Shown here piece by piece: positions 51,019-63,232 of a stretch of 64,000 nucleotides of DNA (positions within the stretch are counted from its first letter, which is position 1; the number at the start of each line of letters is the position of its first letter). The stretch lies in the NCBI GenBank assembly GCA_965287045.1, contig OZ336872.1:15066001-15130000 (forward strand). Direction: 5' to 3'. The translations under genes were made by a program, and so were the position numbers. Source of the stretch: Carcharhinus amblyrhynchos (taxonomy: Eukaryota). The notes beneath the pieces were generated by a model. That model searched no databases, was not told the DNA's origin, and worked only from the letters and a program-made list of their open reading frames with translations.

Positions 51019-51347
51019 GGCATAGTGGCACTGTCACTGGACTAACAACCCAGAGACAAGGGCAATAATCTGGGGACCCATGTCAAATCCTATCATGGCA
51101 GACAGTGAAATTTTAATTCAACAAAAAAAATCTGTTCACTGGTGTAAAACTCTAGTTCACTAATGTCCCTTAGGTAAGAAAATCTGCCATCCATACATGG
51201 TCTGGCCTACATGTGACTCCAGATTCACCGTAATGTAGTTAACTATTAAATACTCTAGCAATCACCCAGTTGAAGGGCAATTAGAGAAGGGCAACAAATG
51301 CTGGCTCAGCCAGTGACACCTGCATTCCTTGAATGAATTTTAAAAAA
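51019..51347 (+). mobile_element. tRNA-derived SINE (third family) nested in the CR1
   Basis: Same core and tail as 21771-22158. Confidence 0.78.
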
Positions 51348-51764
51348 GGACCCCCTGCTCCTTCAATTTATATTGCCTCTCTACATTCTTCCTAAATTAA
51401 TCACTTCATATTTCATCTGTCATTTATTGGACCATTTCACCAACCTGTCTACGTTCCTTTTAAAATTCAACACTATCCTCCTCACAATTCATAACAGTTC
51501 CAAGTTTTGTACTGTCAGCAAATTTGGAAATGATGTCGTGCACATCAAGATCTAGGTCTATATATAATAAAGAGCAAGGATCGTAACACCGTCCTCTGAG
51601 GAACTCCACACTATAAATCTTCCTCCAGTCCCAAACATACCCAGTAACCATTTCTCTCTGTTTCTGTCACTCTGAATTTAGTATTCATATTTCTACTATC
51701 CCCTTTATTCGTGAGCTCTAACTTTGTTGCTCTTTATCAAATGCCTTTTAAAAATCCATGTACT

Positions 51765-51985
51765 TTATCTGTTCGTGGGATGCGAGCATTGCTGGCTATG
51801 CCAGCATTTATTGTCCATTCCTCATTGAGACGGTGGTGGCGTGCTGCCTTCTTGAACCGCTGCAGTCCATGTGCTGTGGGAAACACCCAAAGATATATTG
51901 GGGAGTTCCAGCATTTTGACCCAGTGACAGTGAAGAAATGGTCAGGTAGTAGAGGTTGCAAGTTTGGAAGGTGTGGTTGAAGAAG
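51765..51985 (-). mobile_element. LINE 3' end (partner-like of the third SINE family)
   Basis: Peptide FTVTGSKCWNS...HGLQRFKKAARHH then aataaatgctggcatagccagcaatgctcgcatccc, matching the SINE tail. Confidence 0.7.
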
Positions 51986-54466
51986 CCATACACACGTCAA
52001 CAGCATTAACCTCATCAAAGAAGTTAGTTGAACATAATTTACCCTTAATGGCTTTCATTAACTCATGCATTTGCCCAAGTGGATTAATTTTGTCCCAAAT
52101 AATCATTTCTCAATGTTTTCTCACTATTGAGGTTAGACTGGCCTGAGGTTGCCGGGGTTAACTTTCCACCTTTTTTTTTGAACAAAGGTGTAACATTTTG
52201 CATTCTTCAATTGTGGGACCATTCCTGAATCTAAGGAACCTTGGAATATTATGGCCAATGCTTCTGCAATTTCCACTCTCAATTTCCTCAGTATTCTCAG
52301 ATGCATTTCATCCATTCCTGCCTTCTCAGCTTTAAGTACAGACAGTCTATCCATTACCTCCATTTTATCAATCTAAGCCCTTCTAGCATCCGAATTAAAT
52401 CCTCTATTAACATGACCTGCCAGCATCTTCTTCTTTGGTAAAGACAGATACAAAGTATTCATTTATTACCTCAGCCATGCCCCCGCCTCCATGTTTTAGT
52501 CCCACTCCTCCTTTTAACACCCTCTTACTACTTCTATGCACGTGATTGGCTGTTGGATTCCCTTTTGTGTTAGCTGCCCTTTTCATACTACCTTTGAATC
52601 TCTTCCTTGCTTTTTTTGATTAACCTTTTAATCTTCTATATTCAACCTATTCTCTGTTGTATTATCCACCTCTCATGAGCAGACTTTTCTTCTTCATCTT
52701 AATCCCTATACTTCTGCTGTCCAGGGTGTTATGGTTTTGCTTGCTCTACTTTTCCCCTTCATGGAATATACCTCAACTGACACGAACTCTCTCTTCTTTA
52801 AAGGCAGCCATTTTACAATTTAGCCTGCCAACCTTTGATTCCAATTTCTTTGGGTGACATCCATTCTTGGCCTATTCATAGAATCATTATAGTGCAGGAG
52901 GCAGCCAATCACTTTAATTCTATGTCCCCTTGTTCTTGATGCTTTTACAAGCAGGAACAATATATCCCTATTTATGTTGGCCAGTGCCCTCAAAATTTTG
53001 AGCATCTCTATCAAATCTCCTCTTAGCCACCTTCTCTGAAAGTCCCAATCTATCCTCATAACTGATGTTTCTCATCCCTGGAACCACTCTTGTAAATATC
53101 CCCTGCACCCTCTCCAATGCATTTGCATGATTCCTATCATGTGGTGCCTGGAACTCTGCACAATAGTACAGTTGAGGTCTAGTGTCTTGTCTAAGTTTTG
53201 CATAACCTCTTTGCTCTTGTACTCAATGACCCTCTCGAGGATCTGCCATGATATACTGAATGGCAGAGCAGCACCAAAGGGTCGAATGGCCTACTCCCAC
53301 TCTTATTTTCTATGTTTCTAATAAAGCTCAGGATGCTATATGCTTTAACTGCTTTCTCCACCTGTCCCAACGCCTTCAATGATCTAAGCACTATACATCC
53401 AGGTCCCTCTGCCCCTGCATCCCCTTAAGACATCTGTCACATGTATCTTTTTTTTCCCTTATCTTAATTTCTATTGCCTTTTTCATCTAAAGAGCTCTGG
53501 ATTTGTTTGCTCCACCTTTCCCTTTTGAGAATGTATATCTTGACTGTGTCCAAACCATTTATTTTTTGACAGTAGCCCGTTGTTTAGGTAGTTTTTCTGC
53601 TAACGTTTTATTCCAGTCTACCTGGTGCAGATCCACTCTTGCCTCAATGAAGCTGGCTTTCCCTAGTTAATTACTCTTAACTCTGAATTGCTCCTCATCC
53701 TTTTCCATGAGCCAACCTAAAACTTATGACACAATGATTATTGTTCCTTAAATGTTCCCCTACTGATGCTTGATCCCACTTGGCCTGCCACATTCTCAAG
53801 AACTTTTCTCATCAGACTGAAAATATCCTGCAGAAAATTTTCCTGAACTTACTCTAGGAACTCTTGCCCCTCTCTGCCCTTCATATCATTATTATCCCAG
53901 ACTATATTCAGATAGTTATAATGGGGGAGGGGGTCTCCCCCATTTCATCGAATTTCCCCCATTTCATCTAATTACAATTCATATAATTTCCTTGCAAATT
54001 TGTTCCTTTGCGGCTTAAGCACTTGTTTGTGGCTTGTAGACTACAATGAGCAATAGTATACCATTTTTGATCCTTACCTATAGTTAAATAGATTTGGTCC
54101 TTGACTCCTCTGGCTCATCCCTTTTTCCTCCAGCAATGTTTTCTTCCATCAATATTGCCACCCCTGCGCCCCCATTTCCTATCTTTCTTGAACACTTTGA
54201 TTCCAAGAATGTTTAATACACATTCCTGCCCTTCTCTGAGCCAGGTCTCTGTTATAGCCACAACATTACATTTCCATAATGTCAATTTAAAAACTTATGC
54301 TTCAAGTAAATATAAAAATTACATCTTGTGCTGCTCTGAAGTTATGTATTCCATTTTCAAATGTTCAAGTTGCAATAATAACTATTTTGAAGCCTTAGAA
54401 AAATAAAACTCTCCCAAAACTTTGAATTTGCACTCCAGGCAGAGAAGTTCTTTTTGAAATACCTAC

Positions 54467-54654
54467 CTTTATTTTTTTGGCTTTGGGGGCATTTCTTGCT
54501 TTCTCCGTGCTTCTCTTTCTCTTCTTTGCCTTTGTTCTCTTCACTCGGTTGACTGTGAGCGTAATGCTGGTGGGTGTGTGTTGTGTTGCGGTGTATGACA
54601 CTGTTGAGGGCGAGACTTCCTCGTCCCCGCTCTCAGTTGCGCTGCTATCTCCAC
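54467..54654 (-). CDS. SETD5: SETD5 coding exon, 188 nt ([34 protein letters not shown]...KAKKIK)
   Basis: ctcacag acceptor, AAG|gtaggt donor; [14 protein letters not shown] motif and a basic NLS-like stretch. Confidence 0.94.
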
Positions 54655-55254
54655 CTGTGAGTTCAGGGAAAAGGTGAATTCACTCAGCATGGAGTTAAGT
54701 AAATCGAGTGAATTTCCTGGGAAATTTGTCTGCCTCATTGCCTTAACCGGACATGAAGGGACTCAAAGAAAATTATCCCCCAAATATTCAATAATACAAT
54801 GCAGCAACAGGACAAGACAGACATTGTATCAGTGAGTTAAATCAGCTGTCACAAATGCAAAAGTTCCCTGGATAAGCAGATATAATAAACTTTCTTTTCT
54901 CTATTTCAATATCAAGTATTAACAACAATATGTGTAAGAATAAATTGTGGTTTGCCAATTGTTTTACCAAGAGCAAAAGTAAATGTAAACCAAACTGTGG
55001 AGAGCTGAAAAATGCACAGTTGAGAATATCTGTTATGAAAAAATTATGCCTATTACATGATGTGAGAAAATTTATATGTTAACTATATTCTTCAATAAAC
55101 TTTGTTTGACAAAAGCTCCCTAATGGGTGATTTGAATCATGACTGAAGGGAAGCCTATCATGTTTATCCTAGCCAAATTCAAGATGCAAAGTTTATGATC
55201 AAGGCGGGCTTTATAAAACACTTTGGATTTTCTGACCTGAACCATAACGTTGTA

Positions 55255-55512
55255 ACATTAACACTGTAATGAAGTTAATGTGAAAATCCCCTAATTGCCA
55301 TAGTCCAACACCTGTTCAGGTGCACTAAGGGAGAATTTAGCTTGGCCAATGCACCTAACCAGCATGTTTTTCAGACTATGGGGAGAAATCAGAGCACCCA
55401 AAGGAAACCCACAGAGACATGGGGAGAACGTGCAGAATCTGCACAGACAGGAATTGAACTCGGATCTCTGGCGCTCTGAGGTAATAGCGCTAACTGTGCC
55501 ACCATGCCACCC
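55255..55512 (-). mobile_element. V-SINE, second subfamily
   Basis: Reverse head and V-domain with the alternative tail. Confidence 0.8.
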
Positions 55513-55744
55513 ACTAGTACTTTGATTACCAGTACTTTGGGGAATAAGGTACTTTGGAGAATAAATGAATGAGGATTTCAATCAACAACACAGAGCAGAA
55601 AAACAAGGAGAAAACATATTGATTTGTACGAATGGACATAACGCTGGCATGAGCCTAACACCAATTTATCTAAAGAAGCTGAATAAGAAGTAAGATTATA
55701 CATGTTTCTCTGTTCTGTAGCTTATCAACTACTTAACTTTGTAT

Positions 55745-56545
55745 TGAATCTTAACATAATAAAACATCCTAAGGCACTCCACATGAGCATTATAAAAGAC
55801 CTCAGTGTTAAGGAAGATCTTAAAAGAGGAAAATGAAGTAGAGACTTGGAGTGATGTAACGAAGGAGTTTCAGAGCTTAGGGTCTCTACGACTGAAGGTA
55901 CGGATACTGATGATGTGCACAGATATTCTGGAGGGTTGTGCCATTGGAGGAGACTACAGAAATAGGTAGGAGGCATTTGGAAACAAGGTCCTCGTGATGG
56001 CGCAACTATGTGGTCAGAGGCTCAGCCCGAGATCATGTATGATACCAAGATTAAAAATACTTGGACTACTTAGCAGATGGAATTTGGTGCAAGGTCCAAA
56101 ATCAATGGTTTCACTCTTCCCAATACTTAACTGGGGAAACTTCTGCTCATCCAGTATTGAATGTCAGATATGCAGTTAGACAATGTCTCCAGGGGGTTGC
56201 GTGCAGCTGAAAAATAGGAAGGGGGGGAGGGATGATAAGGACGCAGCGAGACACCAGATGTTGTAGTGCAGGGGTGTGAAGAGAAGCCACTGCAAGTGAT
56301 ACTCTGGTTACAATTAAATAGATAAGAACAAAAACAGGCGACAGCAGTTCCACCCAGTTGGATGATAGTGGAGTGGTGTTGGAGAAAAGTGCTGTGGTCG
56401 GTTCATGTCAAAGGCTGCAGATAGATTGAGAAAGATGCGGAGGGGTAGTTTACCTTTGTCACAATTACATAGGATGTTACTTGTGACTGATAAGAGCTGT
56501 TTCAGGACTCTGGCAGGGCAGAAACCTGACTGTATGGATGGATCT
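55745..56545 (-). mobile_element. L2-type LINE fragment
   Basis: Reverse reading gives a VLFVYL / DLSAAFD..RPQHF-like RT motif near 56390-56430; 3' end resembles 3136-3300. Confidence 0.6.
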
Positions 56546-58057
56546 GTTTAAAACTGTAAATTAATGCCTCGACATTGGAATGTGTTGATCTCCATTGTGT
56601 CCCAAAAAGGGCTTGCTGTAACCACTGGGTATTAAGTATGAATCCCTTTTAATTCCGACAACTTTAATTTGCGCTTTTGGCCTCAAGTGCACATTAATCA
56701 GTTATACCTTCACTCTAATTGCAATGGCGTTATCTGTCCTAAAGTAGAAGGGAGAATACATATCTTATGGATTTATTCCACAAAATAACTGAAGGCAAGG
56801 CAATACACAGATAACACACCCAACACTCCAATTCTGGGGCTTCCAATTTCACGAGTAACAAAGCAAATACGTTGTCAGTCTGAATTCACTGAAAATTACC
56901 CTCATTTCAATCGCTTGATCATGCCTCTCAACTGTTCCAATCTAATCCAACTGCTCCTGATTTTACAAGTCCATTTCAACCCTTTCCCAATATTGAAATG
57001 GATTAGCCAAACAACCAAAGTTGTTCCTGGTACTATTTCAACCATCATGCTTCCTTTTGAAGTTACAGGAGTTCAGGCACCCAGGAACTATTGCATGTGT
57101 TTAATTTCCTTTTCTTCACTTATTAAATGCAATCAAAGTAGAAACATTTTTGGATTTTTGAAAACCATCAATCAGTACAAAAATTTATATATTACAATAC
57201 TTGAATATTTTAGTGCTTTACATTATCTCTGGATATGTTTTAGATTTGTATCCCTCAATTTACAGATTAAGAGATACACTCCTTATTTTCAATTACCTTG
57301 CAATCTGCTGTCTCTAACTTCAGATGTCCATTGTGGACTCCAACTTTAGAGCTCATGCATATCTACAACTGCACTGGCTAATTTGTAATCCTTTCCTGCT
57401 CAAGGACATCAAGGGCAACAATAATGCCCCGACTGTTGTCCTTCTTGAGATCAGCTATAATCACACGGAGAGGATCTCAAGCTCGAGATCTTGTAGCATG
57501 TGCGACACTAAACTTAGTGGAGTGTTTATTCGTTAGTCTTTATCAACCTTTTTTTTGAAAGGTGCCACAGTTTACAGGGTGAATCAATGCATTTTGCATT
57601 TTTGCTCATCTGTGATGTCATCCAAATTGAACAATTAACAATTGTGACAGAGAAACAAGCTTTAGAGATGAACAACAGTTAAATATTGGAAAAAAAGAAT
57701 ATATTCAATAAGCTTCAGAACTGTATAAAATTGCTTGGAATGGGAACAAATTATTTTTAATAAAATGTATGATTGTAATGGTTATTGTGAAAGAGTTAAA
57801 TACCCTCAGCAGTGCAAAGGCTTGACACTATTGCTAAGATCCACTGATTTAGCTCAACTTTTATCACACAATGGTGCCCCAGCAATACTTCCTAGCAAGT
57901 CTTTTAGAGATTACTAACCGTCTTTCAAAATAAAAATCCAAATACAGCAGCAGTGAAAAGACATTAACATTACTGACAAATCACCATAATTGTACTCCAT
58001 TGTAGCTAATAATAAAATGAAAACAGAAAGAAATGTCTGCAAAATTTTTCCCCTTAC

Positions 58058-58116
58058 CAGACACATTCTCCTGCTTCCTGCGCTGGAGTCTGATGACCTT
58101 CCGCCTATCCAGTCCC
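58058..58116 (-). CDS. SETD5: SETD5 coding exon, 59 nt (GLDRRKVIRLQRRKQENVS)
   Basis: ttcacag acceptor, CTG|gtaagg donor; phase 2 to 1; resembles human GMSRGKVIRLHRRKQDNIS. Confidence 0.92.
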
Positions 58117-58583
58117 CTGTGAATATCAACACAGATTACAACACAATGAATTACTGAGGACCAAATGTGTAATGAAGAATTTAAACCGATATTGATTCAG
58201 CTCCTCTCAAAGGATTAGGGCAGACTGTTCAGAAATCTAGTCCTACTTTACCACGTAAAAGTAAATTGAAAAAAAAATGGCCATTTAGTACTACCATGAT
58301 TTTTCATTAAGTAGTACTACAATTTAGGGATTTTTAAAAGATTTTTTTAAAAACCAAAAATAACCCTGAACATATTCCATGGATCATGCTGAATACTGTT
58401 TGCAAACGTAAAACAACTAATTGCAAACACTAACGAAACTGCAGTCAAACTGGCTTTTACTGATAATCTTCTTTATAGGGAGGTGTCCCATCAGCGAATT
58501 AACACCATGCAGTTTATGCCAAACCAATGATATATCCCCACCCCTACAAAAACAAACCCTCAACATTCAGTGCCACTTCATAC

Positions 58584-58795
58584 CTGCAGTTCTCACAAGC
58601 GATAATAAAACCATCCTGAGTTAAGCTACAATGACACCAGGGAATGTTCTCATCCTCAGACGAACTTTCACTATCCTCAGAATTATCATCATATCGCTGG
58701 CAACGTAGTCTATTCAACTCTACTCGGGCAATGATGGTCTGTGGAGGTGGTGAGGCTGGGGGTGTTGGAGGTGGTGGAGCACCATAGTTGTGGTC
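58584..58795 (-). CDS. SETD5: SETD5 coding exon, 212 nt (DHNYGAPPPPTPPASPPPQTII...WCHCSLTQDGFIIACENC); internal alternative acceptor at 58738
   Basis: ttctaag acceptor, CAG|gtatga donor; phase 0 to 2; encodes the DHNY motif, a Pro-rich tract and half of a PHD finger. Confidence 0.92.
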
Positions 58796-60132
58796 CTTAG
58801 AACACAATAATAAAGACCATGAGGACACATAGTGACACAGATTTTAAAAATACATGAAGAAGCATTGAGACAACTAGTTTTCAACAGTTGGCTTTTTATT
58901 TCAGTGAATAAAAAATCTTATTACAGCAACAATATTAACCAATTTCTTATTTGCAAATATTAGTCAATATACAATCATTTGCAATTTTCTTTACAACGCG
59001 TGTTGACATTTCCTCACTCATTTAAGAAACAACTATCAAACTTAGAACTTCACATTAACCATTTCTAAGGTCAACTGTTTTATCCAGAGTGCAGAGTAAT
59101 CCAACACTGAGGTTGGGAAAGATTTCACTCCCTGTAACTAGTCTTCACTTTGAAGACTAGTTTGAAATATTCCTTGATTTGAATCGAAGAATTTTGTGGT
59201 TCCAAATTAGATGGTAAAGTACAGCAGGTTCTGTCTTGGTCTGCTGAAGTTGGATAGGAAGATAGGTTCAATATATTACAATCAAACTCCATCCCTTGAA
59301 AGGAAGTTACATCTACACTTTACACAGTTAACAATCAGCAACTCTGAAAGCAGCTTGACTGAATTACTCTTCATTCCCAAGTATTTCCAGTTCTAACTAC
59401 AACACAGCACCTGTTTTTAATTTTTTCCTTTGAGATTTCTATTCCCTACAAGCTTAAAGGAACTGCTTATTTGGGCCCCTATTCCCTTATACCTCCTGAG
59501 AGTAGGCAATGACTCAACAATAAGTGCAATGGCTTGTTTGTAATTTGATGCTAAGAGACATGTGAAAATATTTAAACTACTCCCCAAGTATTCCTGAAAA
59601 TAGTATCTCAGCCAAGAGGAAAACTCACCAGTCGGAAATTATCCTGTGGTAAAACTTGCAGGTGCCTCATTACCAAGTATGCTAGAGTTGACTAGTTATA
59701 AAAGCTAACAGATTGTACAGATGAAATGTTTGGAATGCAGCATTAAAATGATCTTGAATGTGATATAGACTCATCTTCATATGAATATAGTACTTTAGCT
59801 GGAAAAAATTAAGACCCACAGCTATCCTTCCTTTAACAAAACCAAAACTGCATGATCAGGTACAAAGCGTTCTGGGGTCTTGAGATGCAAGCATAATCTT
59901 CAGATACGAGTAAAAGCATTTTGTTTCATGACAAAAGCAGCCATCAAAACTATGCAGCACAGTACATTTTCAGTAGCAATTAGGAATGTTTTTATTATTG
60001 TCCCAAGTATGGAACTAATAAAAACAGATCCTGAAGGTGTAAAACATAGTGGACTAGAAATCAGTCAACTGCTTGTGGCACAATAGCACTGTTACATAGA
60101 CATAGCCAGTGACAAGTAAATAATTTTACTAT

Positions 60133-60430
60133 AACAGAAAAGGCTGGGAATATTTTGCAGATCTGACAGCATCTGTAGACAGTAAGAGGGCTGGATTTTC
60201 ATTTTCCAATAAAGAGCAGGAATGAAGACAGGAAAGTAAACCATTTAGGGTTTTTGACTGCAAATTCCAATTTATAGTGCCTTCCTGATCTTGTGCTATT
60301 TATGTGGCCTCTGCGGGTCAGGAAGATCTGACTCTATTCTCTCTCCACAAATGCTATCAGACCTGCTGAGTTTCCAGCAGGTTCTATTTTTGTTTCAGAT
60401 TCTAGCACCCACAGTATTTTGCTGTTATTA
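60133..60430. mobile_element. Penelope-type inverted terminal pair
   Basis: gcagatctgacagcatctgtaga (about 60157) is inverted as tccacaaatgctatcagacctgc (about 60344). Confidence 0.55.
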
Positions 60431-61663
60431 TTATGTATCATACCAAATAGCTCAGAAAACAGGACAAGAATTACTGTTCTTTTTCTGCATCTTTACCAAT
60501 TTCTCTGCAAGAAATGGGATGGGTTAGGGCAGGATGTGCACTTAAGGAAAGAGCACAAAGGTCTACTTTCTTAGTGAATTTCAAAGAAAATATGTCCAAC
60601 AATTCCATTCGGTATGATTTCATGCTCTTCAACTTGGTACCACTAACACACCTCAATGTTTCTTCCCCCTCACAGTTCCTTAAAATTTACACATTAAACG
60701 AAGATCGAAATGAACTACTGAAAGACACATGGAATACCTAGCATTAAACAGGGTGATATAATAAATGTCAGTATAGATACAGCCACTTCCCTTCGATCAT
60801 TCTTTTATTACTAAGGATTATAAGATGCAATTCAAGCTTGGCCCAGTTGATTGCACCTACTCTTCTGCAAAATGGAACAGGATAAATCCTTAAAAAGAAA
60901 AATACATTACCTGATGGTATGGGGAAAGAGCAGGGAGTTGGACGATTGAAAAGTCCATTCAAAAAACTGCCAGAAGCACAATGGGCCAAATAGTGTTCTT
61001 TTACGTTATATCCTTCTGTGACTTGAAATATTAAATATAAGGTGCAAATACTTGCACTGTATCTATATTAGTGTACCATATCTATATTAACGACATCTAT
61101 ATTAATGTACTCCTGAAAAAAAAAACAAGTGTGTGGGATACAGATAGTGTGAGATTTTGATGCTTTCCTAAGTGATTACAATATTACAACTGTGCTTTGG
61201 TTCAAATGGCAAGGTATTTGGTGTAATGCAATAAATTCATTGGGTATGTTCCTCAGGAAAAAAAGCAGCAAATCCTGAATTACAAAATAATTAAACCAGG
61301 TTTTTAGATGCTAACCTAAATAGAGATTCGCTTTTCATTAAATTTATCGCTAACTAAAATTCAAATATCTTTCTTTGGTTAATCCCCAATACAACCATGA
61401 CCACTATTCATCACAATGCTGTATTTTAGACTGAATAATTTTACAGATGGATCCTTAGTTTAGTTTCTGCAATTGTTCTCCCTAATGTTAATCAGCTATA
61501 ATTCCCTCAACTATTTGCTCATTATTCATCCCCAAAGTTACACAACTTATTAGCCAATTCCAGTTTTTAAATCAATTCTGATTTCTTAGTTCCTCTGGTT
61601 CCTGGGTTGCATGACATGAGCACTTGCATTAAAGTTTCCATGCACATAGGGCCCATACTAATT

Positions 61664-61976
61664 GGGCGGCATGGTGGCACAGTGGTTAGTCCTGCTACCT
61701 CACAGTGCCAGGGACCTGGGTTTGATTCCCGGCTTGGGTCACTGTCTGTGCGGAGTCTGCATGTTCTCCCCAGGTCTGTGTGGGTTTCCTCTGGGTACTC
61801 TGGTTTCTTTCCACAGTCTGAAAGACATTATGGTTAGGTGCATTGGCCATGCTAAATTCTCCCTCACTGTACACAAACAGGCGCTGGAGTGTGGGGACTA
61901 GGGGATATTCACTGTAACTTCATTGCAATGTTAATTAATATAAGCCTACTTGTTACACTATTAAATGAACTTAAAC
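61664..61976 (+). mobile_element. V-SINE, second subfamily
   Basis: Full head and V-domain plus gactaggggatattcactgtaacttcattgcaatgttaat...agcctacttg tail. Confidence 0.85.
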
Positions 61977-62305
61977 AAAGCAGAATCCTGTGGGACACTG
62001 CAACCCAATACTAACCAGTCTGAGATGCTCCCCTTAACTCCTACTCCTCATTTCCCCTTAATTCCTACTTCTCATTTCCTCCCTTTTAAGTATTTTGTAA
62101 TCTCATTTACTACCTTTTCCCAATTCACACCCCTACTACTTCACATGTCGAGCTCTGGAACATAAATATTCACCTGGCTGTTTGAGAAGCGATGTACTTT
62201 CATGCATCTGAAAAATTTTTTCTTTTTATCGAATCAATTACAATTTGTTAGCACAACCAGACAGGATATACATAGTGTTGAGTGAAATAGAACTTGTATA
62301 CTTAC

Positions 62306-62411
62306 TGCATATGGCAGACCTCTATACCCGTGATGTTGTGCACTCCCATAGTTGTGATTTGGGTAGCTGTTCTTCTCAGCAACTGCAGGACTAGCTTCCA
62401 CCGACTCTGGG
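62306..62411 (-). CDS. SETD5: SETD5 coding exon, 106 nt ([35 protein letters not shown])
   Basis: ttttttgtag acceptor, GCA|gtaagt donor; matches the SETD5 N-terminal [10 protein letters not shown]...GLPYA block. Confidence 0.93.
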
Positions 62412-62524
62412 CTACAAAAAAAATTCAAAAAACAATTTGCTTACAACTCTCATGAAGTTTCATTTTTCTTACCAATACTTAATCCTATGGACATCAAATG
62501 GAGTTTTCCTCCAGCTAATAAGAT

Positions 62525-62866
62525 TGGCACTTATTTTCCCAAGCCTAACTGCCCTCAAGGTGGTAATTAAGTCACCTTCTTGAATACAACTGAGCAGGTT
62601 TCTAGCAATTTCAGACAATAGCTCAGAGTCAACCATCGGTGTGGGTCGGACTGGGTAAGAATGGCAGATTTCCTTCCCTAAAGGACATTAGTGAACCAAA
62701 TGGATTTTATTTTACCACACACTAATGCTGTGGCTAGCTTTTTTATTCAAAACTAATTGGATTCAATTATTTTAAATTTCCAATAGTGGTGGGATGTAAA
62801 CTCACCTTCTGATCATTAGCTCAGGCTTACTAGTCCAGTAACATAACCACTATGCTACTATACCCC
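62525..62866 (-). mobile_element. tRNA-derived SINE (third family), degenerate
   Basis: ggcagatttccttccctaaaggacattagtgaacca core. Confidence 0.72.
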
Positions 62867-62889
62867 TTACTTATATGTTAAAATATTTC

Positions 62890-63232
62890 TCCTGCCTCAG
62901 TGTTAGCATTCAAAGGTTGTAGACTTGAGAACAATCTAGACTCACATTTCAGTGCATCAGATATACCATCTTGTAAATGAGACATTAAAGAAAAGTTAAT
63001 TTAGGTGAATGTGAAATTAATCCATAGCACTAGTCAAAGAAAAACAGGGAAGGTTTCCTCTGTCTCTTGGTCAATATTGATCAATCAACCAACATTGCTA
63101 ATAACACAGTATCTGTTTCATTGCCATAGTTTTCCTACAACAATAACTACACTTCAAAGTACTTTAACGACTTTAAAGTGCTTTCTGACATTCTGAGGTT
63201 TTGAAGGGAACAACAAAAATACACATATTTTC
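62890..63232 (+). mobile_element. Degenerate DeuSINE
   Basis: aggtgaatgtgaaa...ccatagcacta...tggtcaatatt...caaccaacat...actacacttcaaa...gctttctgacattctgagg. Confidence 0.65.

Larger units (their letters stand above)
50385..54290 (-). mobile_element. Long degenerate CR1 LINE region (EN/RT remnants) with nested insertions
   Basis: ORF-track peptides IISKFADSTKLG (51460..51651), DEMHLRILRKLRVEIAEALAIIFQ (52133..52363), LRGDLIEMLKIL (52820..53059), ARGYRFKV (50444..50632). Confidence 0.8.
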
